From: Thraustochytrium aureum | Lineage: Eukaryota | DNA length: 64,000 nt | NCBI GenBank assembly: GCA_012862495.1 | Contig: BLSG01000316.1 | Location: 91,933-155,932, forward strand | Direction: 5' to 3' | Shown: piece after piece, positions 36,061-47,047 of the stretch | Layout of the letters: each line of letters begins with the position of its first letter | How positions within the stretch are numbered: the first letter of the stretch is position 1 | The notes under the pieces: generated by a model | The model's database searches: none | What the model was told of the DNA's origin: nothing | What the model saw: only the letters and a program-made list of their open reading frames with translations | Translations under genes and position numbers: made by a program

Positions 36061-37989
36061 CTATGTAAGCTCGATCTGCACCTCGTCCCGCGACGCTGGC
36101 CCGGCCGCTGCGACTGGCTCGACGCGGGCCGCTGCACTTGGATGAGGAAGAGGAGGTGGCGGGAGAGGAGGTAGCTTGTCCTCCTGGCCACTCCCGAGCA
36201 GCTCGGGCTGACCTGACAGGCGCCGCCGCCGGCAGCACCAGAACGCCGAACAGACGAGAACGAGGACAATGAGGACGATGACTCCTGCGCCGAGCGCTTT
36301 TTCCTCCGCTGGATTGTGCGGCGCGGTCGGTGGTGTCGTGTGGAAACCCGAATCTGGAGGCGGAGTCCCCGGGGGCGCCTCAAACTCGAGCGAGAGCGTG
36401 ACATGGCCAAGGTTGTACTTGTTGCGGTCCTCCATGACGCGCTGGTTGATGGCCCGCTCGGCGGCGGCAGTGGGATTGTCCGACTTTTCGGTGAGGGTCG
36501 CAGAGACGACAACGCTGCCTTTGCGCACGTGATTGATCCTGACCGCTCTCGTCGCGACCCGAAACGCCCTCGCGATGACAGTGGTGATGTAGGTGGCAAA
36601 CTCGCTCGTGGCGTGTCGCTCTGGCTCGTACAAGCCGGTGGCAAAGTTGAGGAGCAGCGGGAGCGGCGCGTCTTGGCTCATTGACACAGCGACGGGCCAG
36701 GTCATGCGCATCGCGGGGTCAATGGTCTGCGAAGTGTCGCTCAAGTTTGCGCAGCTCGTGGCAGGCGAGGCGGACCCACCAAAGCTGGGGCGGAAGGGGC
36801 CCTCAAATCCAGTCTGATGCACCAACATGGCGTTTCCGCTCTCCACCGGGACAGTGGGGAGCTCGACGGGGTTTGAAGTGCCCCGGAACCGGGCCACAAC
36901 CCAGTAGTTTTCCTCGTCGCCGTCAAAGTTGAAGAGGTCCATCCCGCCCTGAAGCGAGGGCACGGCCACGTGGCGCCATTGCGCGAGTCTCTCGTCCGAC
37001 TTGGGAGGCATGCGCGCGTCGGCCTCGGCAAGCAAGGCGCCGGGCCGGTCTGCACTCGCATCGTGCGAGTAGAGGGCAAGCCGCACGTCGTGGTCCTGCG
37101 GCCCAAACCGTGCCAGGAACTGGAACGCGCAGAGCCGGCCGCGCCCTCGCACCTGTATGCGCTGCGCAATCTCTGTGTCTTCTGCTCCGGCCACTGCAAC
37201 GCTGCAAGTGGGCTGCCATAGCGGGTCGAAAACGTCGGCATCGTCGGTAAAGGAAGCCTGGGGCGCCCCGCACGTGAATTCCTCTGCGACCGGGTGCGGC
37301 GCCTCCCCGAGCAGTGCGTTGCTTAGCCTGAGGAACAGGTTGGAACGCATCGGCGTCAGCACCACGGGCCCGGCGCCGACTTGGTCGATGTGCTTGAGAA
37401 GGTTGACCACGTGCTCGGGAAAGACCAGTGGCAGGCTGTCCTCGCCGTCGGCGGGCTCGTACAAGAAGGCGAGGTCTGTCGATGCGGCGTTTCCAGAGAC
37501 GCCCAAGTGAAAGTGGGGCTGCCCGCGCATCGCTACCCAGTACTCGCCCTCGCCCAGCCTTAGGGTTGGCGCGAGCGGGACGTGGAGCGAGTGAAAGTCG
37601 CCGCCCGCCACGCGGGAGGAGTGCGTGGTGCCGCGCGCCAAGAGCCGTCCGGGCCGTGCTGTGATGCCGCTTCCTTCGGTGGCGTAGAGCCCGAGCTCAA
37701 CCAGGTAGTCAACCGGATCGGCTGCAGGCTTGAAGACGACCGCGACGAGTTCGCAGAGGCTTACCTCGTGCGCAACCGAGATCTTTTGGAACAGCTGCGC
37801 GCCGCCTTCGACGTCACTGAGCTCGCTGCTCGTCATGCCTTTTTCCGAGCCGCCAGGCCCATACAAGTACGAGTCAGCGCAGCCGCCCTGCACCTCGAGA
37901 CCTCGGCTACGGACAAAGCTGGCAAGTACGGCCACCGCGGCGACCACGGCGGCGAGCGCCCTCGGCAGCGCGAACCCGCTTCTTGCCAT
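36061..37989 (-). CDS. Type I cell-surface protein: signal peptide, two tandem beta-sandwich-like repeats, SEA-like domain (GSVVV), TM, Pro-rich tail
   Basis: Hydrophobic N-terminus; repeats VELGLYA..RPGRLLA..YWV and VRLALYS..RPGALLA..YWV; VRINHVRKGSVVV; TM GVIVLIVLVLVCSAFWCC followed by RRRR. Confidence 0.8.
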   Translation of the reverse strand: MARSGFALPRALAAVVAAVAVLASFVRSRGLEVQGGCADSYLYGPGGSEKGMTSSELSDVEGGAQLFQKISVAHEVSLCELVAVVFKPAADPVDYLVELGLYATEGSGITARPGRLLARGTTHSSRVAGGDFHSLHVPLAPTLRLGEGEYWVAMRGQPHFHLGVSGNAASTDLAFLYEPADGEDSLPLVFPEHVVNLLKHIDQVGAGPVVLTPMRSNLFLRLSNALLGEAPHPVAEEFTCGAPQASFTDDADVFDPLWQPTCSVAVAGAEDTEIAQRIQVRGRGRLCAFQFLARFGPQDHDVRLALYSHDASADRPGALLAEADARMPPKSDERLAQWRHVAVPSLQGGMDLFNFDGDEENYWVVARFRGTSNPVELPTVPVESGNAMLVHQTGFEGPFRPSFGGSASPATSCANLSDTSQTIDPAMRMTWPVAVSMSQDAPLPLLLNFATGLYEPERHATSEFATYITTVIARAFRVATRAVRINHVRKGSVVVSATLTEKSDNPTAAAERAINQRVMEDRNKYNLGHVTLSLEFEAPPGTPPPDSGFHTTPPTAPHNPAEEKALGAGVIVLIVLVLVCSAFWCCRRRRLSGQPELLGSGQEDKLPPLPPPPLPHPSAAARVEPVAAAGPASRDEVQIELT

Positions 37990-38973
37990 CTGTTCTGCTT
38001 GAAAGCGCGAGCCGGCAGACCAAACAGTATCCTTGCGATCCTCAGCTCGTTGGGCAGTGCCGCGATTTGGGCTCTGCCATTGTTGTCAGGAGGCACGCGA
38101 AGGGGGTATGGTGTTGAATCGGCGTGTGCCAACAAAGAGTCCACCGCGTCCCACCGTTTCGGATGCACAAGCAAATCGCACGAAGCCAACCCGTGGCCAC
38201 CAACAACGCAACAACGNNNNNNNNNNNNNNNNNNNNNNNNNNNNNNNNNNNNNNNNNNNNNNNNNNNNNNNNNNNNNNNNNNNNNNNNNNNNNNNNNNNN
38301 NNNNNNNNNNNNNNNNNNNNNNNNNNNNNNNNNNNNNNNNNNNNNNNNNNNNNNNNNNNNNNNNNNNNNNNNNNNNNNNNNNNNNNNNNNNNNNNNNNNN
38401 NNNNNNNNNNNNNNNNNNNNNNNNNNNNNNNNNNNNNNNNNNNNNNNNNNNNNNNNNNNNNNNNNNNNNNNNNNNNNNNNNNNNNNNNNNNNNNNNNNNN
38501 NNNNNNNNNNNNNNNNNNNNNNNNNNNNNNNNNNNNNNNNNNNNNNNNNNNNNNNNNNNNNNNNNNNNNNNNNNNNNNNNNNNNNNNNNNNNNNNNNNNN
38601 NNNNNNNNNNNNNNNNNNNNNNNNNNNNNNNNNNNNNNNNNNNNNNNNNNNNNNNNNNNNNNNNNNNNNNNNNNNNNNNNNNNNNNNNNNNNNNNNNNNN
38701 NNNNNNNNNNNNNNNNNNNNNNNNNNNNNNNNNNNNNNNNNNNNNNNNNNNNNNNNNNNNNNNNNNNNNNNNNNNNNNNNNNNNNNNNNNNNNNNNNNNN
38801 NNNNNNNNNNNNNNNNNNNNNNNNNNNNNNNNNNNNNNNNNNNNNNNNNNNNNNNNNNNNNNNNNNNNNNNNNNNNNNNNNNNNNNNNNNNNNNNNNNNN
38901 NNNNNNNNNNNNNNNNNNNNNNNNNNNNNNNNNNNNNNNNNNNNNNNNNNNNNNNNNNNNNNNNNNNNNNNNN

Positions 38974-39555
38974 CCCACGGCCTCGCCACCTCAGCCAGTC
39001 CCTGGCGGCGATGATGCGCGCGGCGACAGCTTTAGCGAAAGCGAGATCCAGAGCGGAGCTTCAATCATGGGCGCTGGCATTGGAAGCATCCTCGGCTCCG
39101 TGCTTGGCGTGCCCGTGCTGGGCGGCGTTGCTGGATTCTTCACGGCGGGTCAGCTTGTCAAGCAACAGGACGACACGGGCGCTCACGCTCGCAACCTCGG
39201 CATGGTCGGTGCGCGAGTGATTCGCCGCGGCAAATCGCTCAATGAGGAGTATGCGGTTACAGAAAAGGCAAAGGAGGCCGTCTCCACTGCGTACGAGAAG
39301 GGCAAGGAGCTAAACGAACGCCATGACCTCACTGGCAAAGCTGCTGAAGCGGGCAAAGCCGCGTACCGCAAGGCCAAGGAAATCAACGACGAATACCACG
39401 TTGCGGACCGCGTCGCGCAGGCTGCAGGCACTGCGCTTCAGGGCGTTACGAGCGTCCTTGGCGGAAGCAATCAGCAACAGCCCGAGGGACGGGGCGGGCA
39501 GCCGCCAGCGCCGCCGCCGTACCAGCGGCCATCAAGCGACCGACCGGAGAGCTGA
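38974..39555 (+). CDS. Hypothetical protein with glycine-zipper hydrophobic segment and ~22-aa K-[ES]-[LI]-N-[ED]-x-[YH] helical repeats; 5' end in N-gap
   Basis: GAGIGSILGSVLGVPVLGGVAG; KSLNEEYAVTEKA / KELNERHDLTGKA / KEINDEYHVADRV. Confidence 0.7.
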   Translation, partial: PTASPPQPVPGGDDARGDSFSESEIQSGASIMGAGIGSILGSVLGVPVLGGVAGFFTAGQLVKQQDDTGAHARNLGMVGARVIRRGKSLNEEYAVTEKAKEAVSTAYEKGKELNERHDLTGKAAEAGKAAYRKAKEINDEYHVADRVAQAAGTALQGVTSVLGGSNQQQPEGRGGQPPAPPPYQRPSSDRPES

Positions 39556-39796
39556 TGGTGCCAGCGAGTGGGCGAGTGTGCGCAAGCTCTCTGGATGGGC
39601 GCAGACTCGCTGTTTGGGCGCGTTTTCCTCCATCGCGTTGCTGTTCCTGATTCGCCCTTCCCTCTTTCCTTTCTCCTTTCTTGCTTGCTTTCGTTTTTAA
39701 AAAAGTAAGTAGGTGTAGATTCATGCGTCCGCGTCGCCACCGCCTACAGGCGACGGCGCAGGCCCGATCTTGTCACAGCAGAAAGGGGGTGGCGAC

Positions 39797-39956
39797 AGCC
39801 CTCTAAGCGTCGGGCTGGGATGCTTTTGCCACTCCTTCAAGATACGCTCCGTGAGCTGGCACCGCTTGAGCCCTCTACGCGTCGGGCTGGTTGTCCGGGT
39901 TGTCTGGATGCTTTTGCCACTCCTTAAAGATACGCTCCTTGAGCTGGCTCCGCTTG
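39797..39956. repeat. Tandem duplication of the CCDC124 3' end (72-nt degenerate copy 39797-39868; 88-nt coding copy 39869-39956)
   Basis: AGCCCTCTA.GCGTCGGGCTGG...GATGCTTTTGCCACTCCTT.AAGATACGCTCC.TGAGCTGGC.CCGCTTG occurs twice, with a 16-nt indel. Confidence 0.9.
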
Positions 39957-40586
39957 AGACCTGGGTTTTCCTCTCGGAGGCGCGGCATCTCGCGCTCCTC
40001 GAAGGCCATGTAGAGCGCCTTGCGGTTTTTCGATTTTGGCCCCTCCGCATCTTCAGTTAAGCCGAGCGCTGCGAGTGCGTTGTCCAATCCAGAAGCGTCT
40101 ACGTTGCCCTTGGCGGCCTCCTCGGCGCGCACGCGGTTCATGTTGGGCTTCAGCAGGTCCTTGACAGCAATTCCTTCGCTGTCATTGCCGGAGGACGCCT
40201 TGGCCTTGCCTTTCTTCCCTTTCTCCGCCTCGGCCAGGTACGCGTCGAGCATGCTCAAGTCGTTCTTTTTCTTGGTGCCCTTCTTGGCGGCTGCCTTGCG
40301 GGCCTTTCCGGCGGGCGCGCGCATCGCGGCGATGTCGGCCTCGTCGGCCGCCTCCTGCGCCTTCTTGGCCGCCTTGAGTGCCTCCTTGGCCGCCTCCTTG
40401 TCAGCGGCCTCCTTGGCCCTCTGCTCGGCGCGCTCATTCGCGCCGTCAGCCCATTGCTTCTCCCGCTGCGCCTCCTTCTTCTTGTGCGCGGCGTCCTCCT
40501 TCTCCGCCAGCGCGGCCAGCTTTTGCGCCTTGGCCTTGGCGCCGGGGCCGCCGCCCTTGGGCTCCTCGCCGCTCTTCTTTTTGGCC
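39875..40586 (-). CDS. CCDC124: Coiled-coil domain-containing protein 124 (Lso2/Oxs1-like ribosome-binding factor); 5' end in N-gap
   Basis: Lys/Ala/Glu coiled coil; DASGLDNALAAL; C-terminal KALYMAFEEREMPRLREENPGLKRSQLKERIFKEWQKHPDNP. Confidence 0.9.
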
Positions 40587-42373
40587 NNNNNNNNNNNNNN
40601 NNNNNNNNNNNNNNNNNNNNNNNNNNNNNNNNNNNNNNNNNNNNNNNNNNNNNNNNNNNNNNNNNNNNNNNNNNNNNNNNNNNNNNNNNNNNNNNNNNNN
40701 NNNNNNNNNNNNNNNNNNNNNNNNNNNNNNNNNNNNNNNNNNNNNNNNNNNNNNNNNNNNNNNNNNNNNNNNNNNNNNNNNNNNNNNNNNNNNNNNNNNN
40801 NNNNNNNNNNNNNNNNNNNNNNNNNNNNNNNNNNNNNNNNNNNNNNNNNNNNNNNNNNNNNNNNNNNNNNNNNNNNNNNNNNNNNNNNNNNNNNNNNNNN
40901 NNNNNNNNNNNNNNNNNNNNNNNNNNNNNNNNNNNNNNNNNNNNNNNNNNNNNNNNNNNNNNNNNNNNNNNNNNNNNCTCGCTCGTCTTGTGGCTCTGGA
41001 GTCTGGAGTCTGGAGCTCACTCTCAGGCTGCGCGTCCTCGTGGTCGTCGTGGTCGAGTGTGCCGAGCCCACAACAACATCGGCAAACGTGGATGATGGTC
41101 GCCGAGCTATGCTCGCTGAGTGCCATGTTGCATGCGCCTCGGAAAGGACGATGCTCGCGTGCTCCCGGTGCGGAGCGCGCCTATGATGACGCAGGTCGAC
41201 GGCGGGCGGGCAGTGTTGCTGGATTGCGGCGCCGGCCACGCTTGTCGAAGTACAGAGTTCGGACAAGGACTGCTGCTGCGCACTTTCGCCAGCATCGAAG
41301 AGTCCGCATCGGCCTGAGCCGGCGCCAAGGTGGCGCCCAGCCCGCGCTCGTCGGAGGCCGCTGAACGCGACTCTAGCGTGAGGCCTCTCTAGCTCTCTAG
41401 CTAGAGCGAGCTACGTGTTTGGTCGGCGAGGAGTGCGCTGCAGAATGCGCTTATCCACCACGAAAGTGTGGTTGGTGCGGGTCGATGCTGTCTCGAAGGC
41501 GAAGGCGCTCCCTCCATGGTTCTCAACCTTGTCGCATGTGCTGCGCCGACGGCAGCACCGGCGCGAGCCGGCCATGAGGGCTCGATGAACTGGTCGTGGT
41601 TGGCTTCTCTTGATCAAGCTAAACAAGCCTCGGATGCGCCCGATGTGCTGCGAAGCGACGGCCACGTCGTTGGGGCGCTGCTGGAGTGATCTGCGAGCGC
41701 AAGGGTGTGGCGCTAGACTCGCCCGATGCGCATCGCTCTCGTGTTGCACTCGCTAACTTTCGACTGGCGAAGAGTGGGAAGGCAAGCTCGCGTCCAACCG
41801 CCCAACACGAACATCGTTCGAAGAGTTCCAGCTGAGCCGGGCTGAGCACGCTGGAGGCTTGCCAGCGGGGTCCGAGCTGAGGAGGCCAGGCAGAAGGCGT
41901 GTGCAAGGAGGATCCTCCGTGGCGTGCGGAACTTCACTGTAATGTAGAGTAGTCCAGGGTAGGAAAGGACGGCAATGGCCCATGGGTGTCGCACATGGGT
42001 GTCAGTGAGAAAGATGGACCGACGCGTTCCGCTGCGCCTGTGCCGCACGAGAAAGAGACATCCTGCAATCCCGCAAGACGCTGAACCTGGCCGTCAGAAG
42101 AAAACCCGACCGACCTCGACAGCCAGGTGCACCCAACGGTGCACTGGCAGTCCATTGTGCCACTAGTCCATTTTGTCGCGCGCGCGACCTGTTCACCCGG
42201 CACGGCACGGACTCCATGATTTTCAAAAGCTGGTGATCATCTTGAAAATGTGCAAGCGCACACGTCCTACACTCACCTCACGCGCTGGCGGAGTTCCCTA
42301 CCTACTGACTCGGATGATGTGGTGGGCTCTGATGAGAGTATGTACTCTACACACGTGCCCTTGCCATACAACG

Positions 42374-42443
42374 AAGGGCGGAGAGCACCAGGTCAGTCGC
42401 AGAATGAAAAGGGCGAGGAGCAACAGGTCAGTCGCAGAATGAC
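42374..42443. repeat. Two-copy 35-nt tandem duplication ~100 nt upstream of the C-type lectin ATG
   Basis: AAGGGCG..GAGCA.CAGGTCAGTCGCAGAATGA occurs at 42374 and 42409. Confidence 0.85.
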
Positions 42444-42545
42444 AACGAGCTTTTGATTGAACCACTACCTCGACGAAGGAGCAGGTGCCAAGGACGCAAA
42501 CGGATACCGCGGGCATCCAGCGAGGCTGCTGGCACAACGCGGAGG

Positions 42546-43418
42546 ATGAAAGGATACATTGTCGCTGCAGTCGTCGGAGCCGCGCTCGCCACCTCGGCGG
42601 CAAGCCAGGGCGAGTGCCCTGACGCATCGTGGACCTTACTGGAAGAAAAGTGCATCAAGCGCCTGGGGTCGCCGGCCTCGTTCATTTCTGCGCGCGCGCT
42701 ATGCAGCGTTGAGGCGACTGGCGCAACGCTTGCGACGATCACATCAGCTGCTGAGAATGCCAACGTCTTGGCCGTCCCGCAAGTGAAAAGCGGATGGATA
42801 GGGCTTGTGCGGCTTCGTGACACCGGGTTTGACGATTTTATCTGGTTAGAAACCGCCTCTTCAGACTACCGCAACTGGGCGGCGAACGAGCCCAACGACT
42901 TTAGCGGCGAGGACTGCGTCATAATGCTCACCAACGGAAAGTGGAATGATGTCGATTGCGGCCTTACCATGGACGCAATATGCGAGGTTCCCGCCACAGC
43001 CCCGTCCAAGTCACCGACAAGTGCGCCTGTGGCGCGTCCTACAGGATCTCCTGTCACCACAGCCCCGTCCAAGCCACCGACAAGTGCGCCTTTGGCGCGT
43101 GCAACAGCATCTCCTGCCGCCATCGCGCTCCCGCCATCGCAGTCGACAGTGAGCCCGACCCTTCCGCCGACGATCGTATCGGCGCGAGCAGGCCATGAAG
43201 GATTGGGTGATCCTGCCTTGGCTGGCATCGTGAGCGGCGCCAGCGCACTGCTTCTCATCCTCGGATTCATCGGATACCGCAAACGGTCGCGAGGAAACAC
43301 GCCAGCGGACTTGATCGTCTCCGCGAAGCGAGAAACCACGAAACAAAGCCACGGCTCGCCATTGCCAGAATTCACCTTTCGACCTGTCAGTCGCCCGATC
43401 CGGTCAATGGATGTTTGA
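42546..43418 (+). CDS. Type I membrane C-type lectin with PT-repeat stalk
   Basis: Signal peptide MKGYIVAAVVGAALATSAA; CP..W.....C, WIGL, YRNWAANEPN, C...WND..C...ICE; PTSAP repeats; TM then YRKR. Confidence 0.9.
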   Translation: MKGYIVAAVVGAALATSAASQGECPDASWTLLEEKCIKRLGSPASFISARALCSVEATGATLATITSAAENANVLAVPQVKSGWIGLVRLRDTGFDDFIWLETASSDYRNWAANEPNDFSGEDCVIMLTNGKWNDVDCGLTMDAICEVPATAPSKSPTSAPVARPTGSPVTTAPSKPPTSAPLARATASPAAIALPPSQSTVSPTLPPTIVSARAGHEGLGDPALAGIVSGASALLLILGFIGYRKRSRGNTPADLIVSAKRETTKQSHGSPLPEFTFRPVSRPIRSMDV

Positions 43419-43873
43419 GCCAGGGCGAGTACCAGTAATCATTNNNNNNNNNNNNNNNNNNNNNNNNNNNNNNNNNNNNNNNNNNNNNNNNNNNNNNNNN
43501 NNNNNNNNNNNNNNNNNNNNNNNNNNNNNNNNNNNNNNNNNNNNNNNNNNNNNNNNNNNNNNNNNNNNNNNNNNNNNNNNNNNNNNNNNNNNNNNNNNNN
43601 NNNNNNNNNNNNNNNNNNNNNNNNNNNNNNNNNNNNNNNNNNNNNNNNNNNNNNNNNNNNNNNNNNNNNNNNNNNNNNNNNNNNNNNNNNNNNNNNNNNN
43701 NNNNNNNNNNNNNNNNNNNNNNNNNNNNNNNNNNNNNNNNNNNNNNNNNNNNNNNNNNNNNNNNNNNNNNNNNNNNNNNNNNNNNNNNNNNNNNNNNNNN
43801 NNNNNNNNNNNNNNNNNNNNNNNNNNNNNNNNNNNNNNNNNNNNNNNNNNNNNNNNNNNNNNNNNNNNNNNNA

Positions 43874-45374
43874 GCGTGACAACATCCACGTTGTTGCGGC
43901 AGCCGACTCGCGTCCGCGGGCCCCAGCCAAATGCGCCTTGCGAGACGTAAGCCCAGGTCTCGGCGCGACGGCTGAGCCCCGCGAAGGCGGCGTTCGCCAA
44001 GTAGGTGATTCCGTGAAGCGGCCAGATCTGCCCGGCGTGTGTGTGCCCGCTCAGCTGCAGGTCGACCCCGGCCTCGCTGGCGCGCCTCAACTCGCCCGGC
44101 TGGTGCGCGAGCAGCACGGCGACATCAGCCGGGTCCCGGCCCGCTAGCGCAGCTGCGAGGTCGGGCTCGCCCATGCCAAAGTCGTCCACACCGACGAGGT
44201 CGAACTGCGCTGGGCAGTCAGCTGTCGGCGTGAGAGGAAGTCTCACGCGCGTGTTGTTGAGGACCCTCGTCCCATGGGCTTCGTGGAAAGCTGCCCAGTC
44301 GTATCCCCGGGAACCATGGAGGTACTCGTGGTTACCAAGGACAAAGTAAATTCCGTCTCGATTGTTGATCGTCGATAGCGGCGCGACACAGCCGCCAACG
44401 TTCTCTGGCGTGCCGTCGCCAAAGTCCCCGACCAGCACGACCACGTCGGCGTCGAGCTCGTTTACGCGGTCGACGAGGCGCTGCACCTCAGAGCGTCCGA
44501 CGAGAGGACCACAGTGGACGTCGGAAATCAGCAAGACGCGATAACCGTCGAGGCAGGCCGGGAGCTTGTCGAGGTGAATGTCGACGTCCACTATCACAGG
44601 GCTCTGGTAGGAAAATGCCAGCGAGACGGTGAGCATGACGGCGTACAGGGCGATGATCCCCTTGGCCTTCAGCTGACGCGTGCGGGGTTCGCGCGAGTAC
44701 GACACGGCATCCAAAAGCGGCGATCGCTTGTCTTTTGGGCGCCGAGCGTGCTGGACCAGCCGGAAAATCACCTCGCCAAAGTCGACGAGGCAACATGCAA
44801 TCACCATTATGATGAGAGACCCGAAAAAGTTGTACCCCAGCATCATGAAAGCGCGGGGCTCTTCTTCCGCGAGCTGGTCGACCAAGGCGAGGGGCGTAAT
44901 CCCGAGCACGAGGAGCAAGACGAAAACGACGATCGCAACGACTTCGGAGACGGACCACGTCCCGCATGCGCGCCTGCCGCTTTCTTGACCTGGCTCTAGC
45001 GACTTGCTGCCGGCGACAGGTGCTGTAAACGGGAGAAACACGCGAACGAACATGTACCTGAATGGAATGTAGAGCACAAATGGTGCAAATGCGAACAAGA
45101 ACATGAACGCTGACAGCCGCCCGCGGTCGCGAATCGAAATGCCAAGCACGATCGCTCCAACCACGAGCAGGGCAGAGTACACTGCAAGGTAGACCTTACT
45201 TGTGCAGCTCAGCCGCTGCAGCGCGCCGAGGCAGCGCATCCTCGTTCGCCCTTGCAATCCTTGGCAGCTTTCCTGCGAGGCCCGCTCCGCCTCGTCAATC
45301 TGCGGCGAGGGGTTGCTTTCGTGCGAGGCGCCCTCCTCCTCGTCGGTCTGCAGCAAAGGGTTGATGTTCAACAT
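43874..45374 (-). CDS. Transmembrane metallophosphoesterase (TMPPE/YkuE-like); stop in N-gap
   Basis: About five N-terminal TMs; calcineurin-like motifs SDVH, VGDFGDG, GNHEY, LAHQP and SGHTHAGQ. Confidence 0.9.
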
Positions 45375-47047
45375 GCGAGAACAGAGCTTGCGCCTTCGGT
45401 GCTCCAGGCCGAACTCCCGACGCGATGTGCGCGTCGGCAAGCAAGACCGACGCCTGTTGCTCGAGCCGGTGCTTGGTGTGCCGCTGCGGCGGCTTGTGNN
45501 NNNNNNNNNNNNNNNNNNNNNNNNNNNNNNNNNNNNNNNNNNNNNNNNNNNNNNNNNNNNNNNNNNNNNNNNNNNNNNNNNNNNNNNNNNNNNNNNNNNN
45601 NNNNNNNNNNNNNNNNNNNNNNNNNNNNNNNNNNNNNNNNNNNNNNNNNNNNNNNNNNNNNNNNNNNNNNNNNNNNNNNNNNNNNNNNNNNNNNNNNNNG
45701 TCGCCCCCTCCAGCCGCTCCGACCGCGATTACTGAAAGTACCAGCTGTCCTCGCTCTTCGGGCTCCGAAACGTAGGCTCTCCATGTCACGCAGCCTGCTC
45801 GATCCTACTCGTCACGTTGGGGGTCATCGAGACGCGCGGAGCTAGTATCGTGCATGTTTCTGACCTGCTCTCTTTTCCTTTTCCCTGTGTCACGCAGTGC
45901 ACTCGCTGCTTCGTGCGCAGTGATGGATGAGATTGGATGAGAGAACAACTGCGCAGCTTGACGTGGCCAACGGCCGCCGCGGCGCGCAAGTCAACACACG
46001 AGTTGACACTCCAAAGACCGTCTCTATGATAGAGCACCAGCCCGCTCGATCTGGCTGTGCGGCCAGCAGCTGCTCCGTGCCAGAGGAGCTGTCGGCTCCT
46101 CTTTGCTGGTACTAGTACTCTACTCCAACAAGGATTTGCCAGGCGCGGTAGCGGTACCGGTATCGTTGACAGCCCACGGCCACCACCCTCTTTTTGTGCA
46201 CGAGCCAGGCTGCCGATGTTGGCCGTCGTCCCGCGCTTTGGGGCGAATCGAGGGGCGGCCTTGCAGTTTGCAATCGTTGCAGTCCCTCGAGCTGGTTCGA
46301 CGTCCAGCCCGAGCCCAAGTTGTAAGCTGCGACCAAGCTGCGACCAACTCGTCAGCGCCAACTCGTGCAGCCGCTGCGCTACCTCCACACAGCCACAAAA
46401 TCGCCGCCAGTATGGCCAGCTGGCTCGCGATGAAGATAAGATGTCAAAAACCCGCCATAACCAGCACCAACACATTGTTCATGCATGACGGCAAATGACG
46501 GAGTTGACAAAACAAGAAAGAAAACACACAACTGCGCAGAGGCGCAGCTTATTCGCGCGCATCGGACAATCACCAGAAGCCCTCCCCTCGCTCCTATCTC
46601 TCGCCCAGGTGGCCAGCACGCACAGGAACGCGCGATGGGCCCGCATGCCATGGTGCGGCGGCATACCCAGCTCCTGGACTCGCTCTCGAGGGCACGGTAC
46701 AGGACGCCGCGTTGCTTGGAGCGAGATGGGCGCCGGCAGAACACGGCGATGCCCGACACGCCGCCGAGTGCCCCCCGCTTGAATTTGTGCTTCCTTCCTT
46801 CCATTGGGCCACACACTCCACAGGCTCACGACCCCCAGGCCTGCCTGCACGCCGTCGAGGACGTCCAGACTCCAATCCATCGAGCCAGCGACACGCAGAA
46901 CGGCAGCGGCACAAGCATCAGGCAGAGCGTTGCGCGCGGGCTTGAAGCTGCTCGCGGCGTTGGCTGCGCGTTGCGCCCGCAGGCTCGCAGACGGGCAAGT
47001 CCGACGGCAGGCACACCGTGCTCGTTTGTGAGTGTGAGTGTGTCACG

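Noticed and set aside
40978..42450. Short Cys-containing ORFs between CCDC124 and the lectin gene
   Set aside because: No recognisable family or consistent frame. A small indel-broken gene cannot be excluded but is unsupported.
45700..47000. Several 60-230 aa ORFs, including a hydrophobic minus-strand stretch near 46120-46483
   Set aside because: They have no motifs, and the hydrophobic frame has an internal stop. They are probably intergenic or shadow ORFs in GC-rich DNA.
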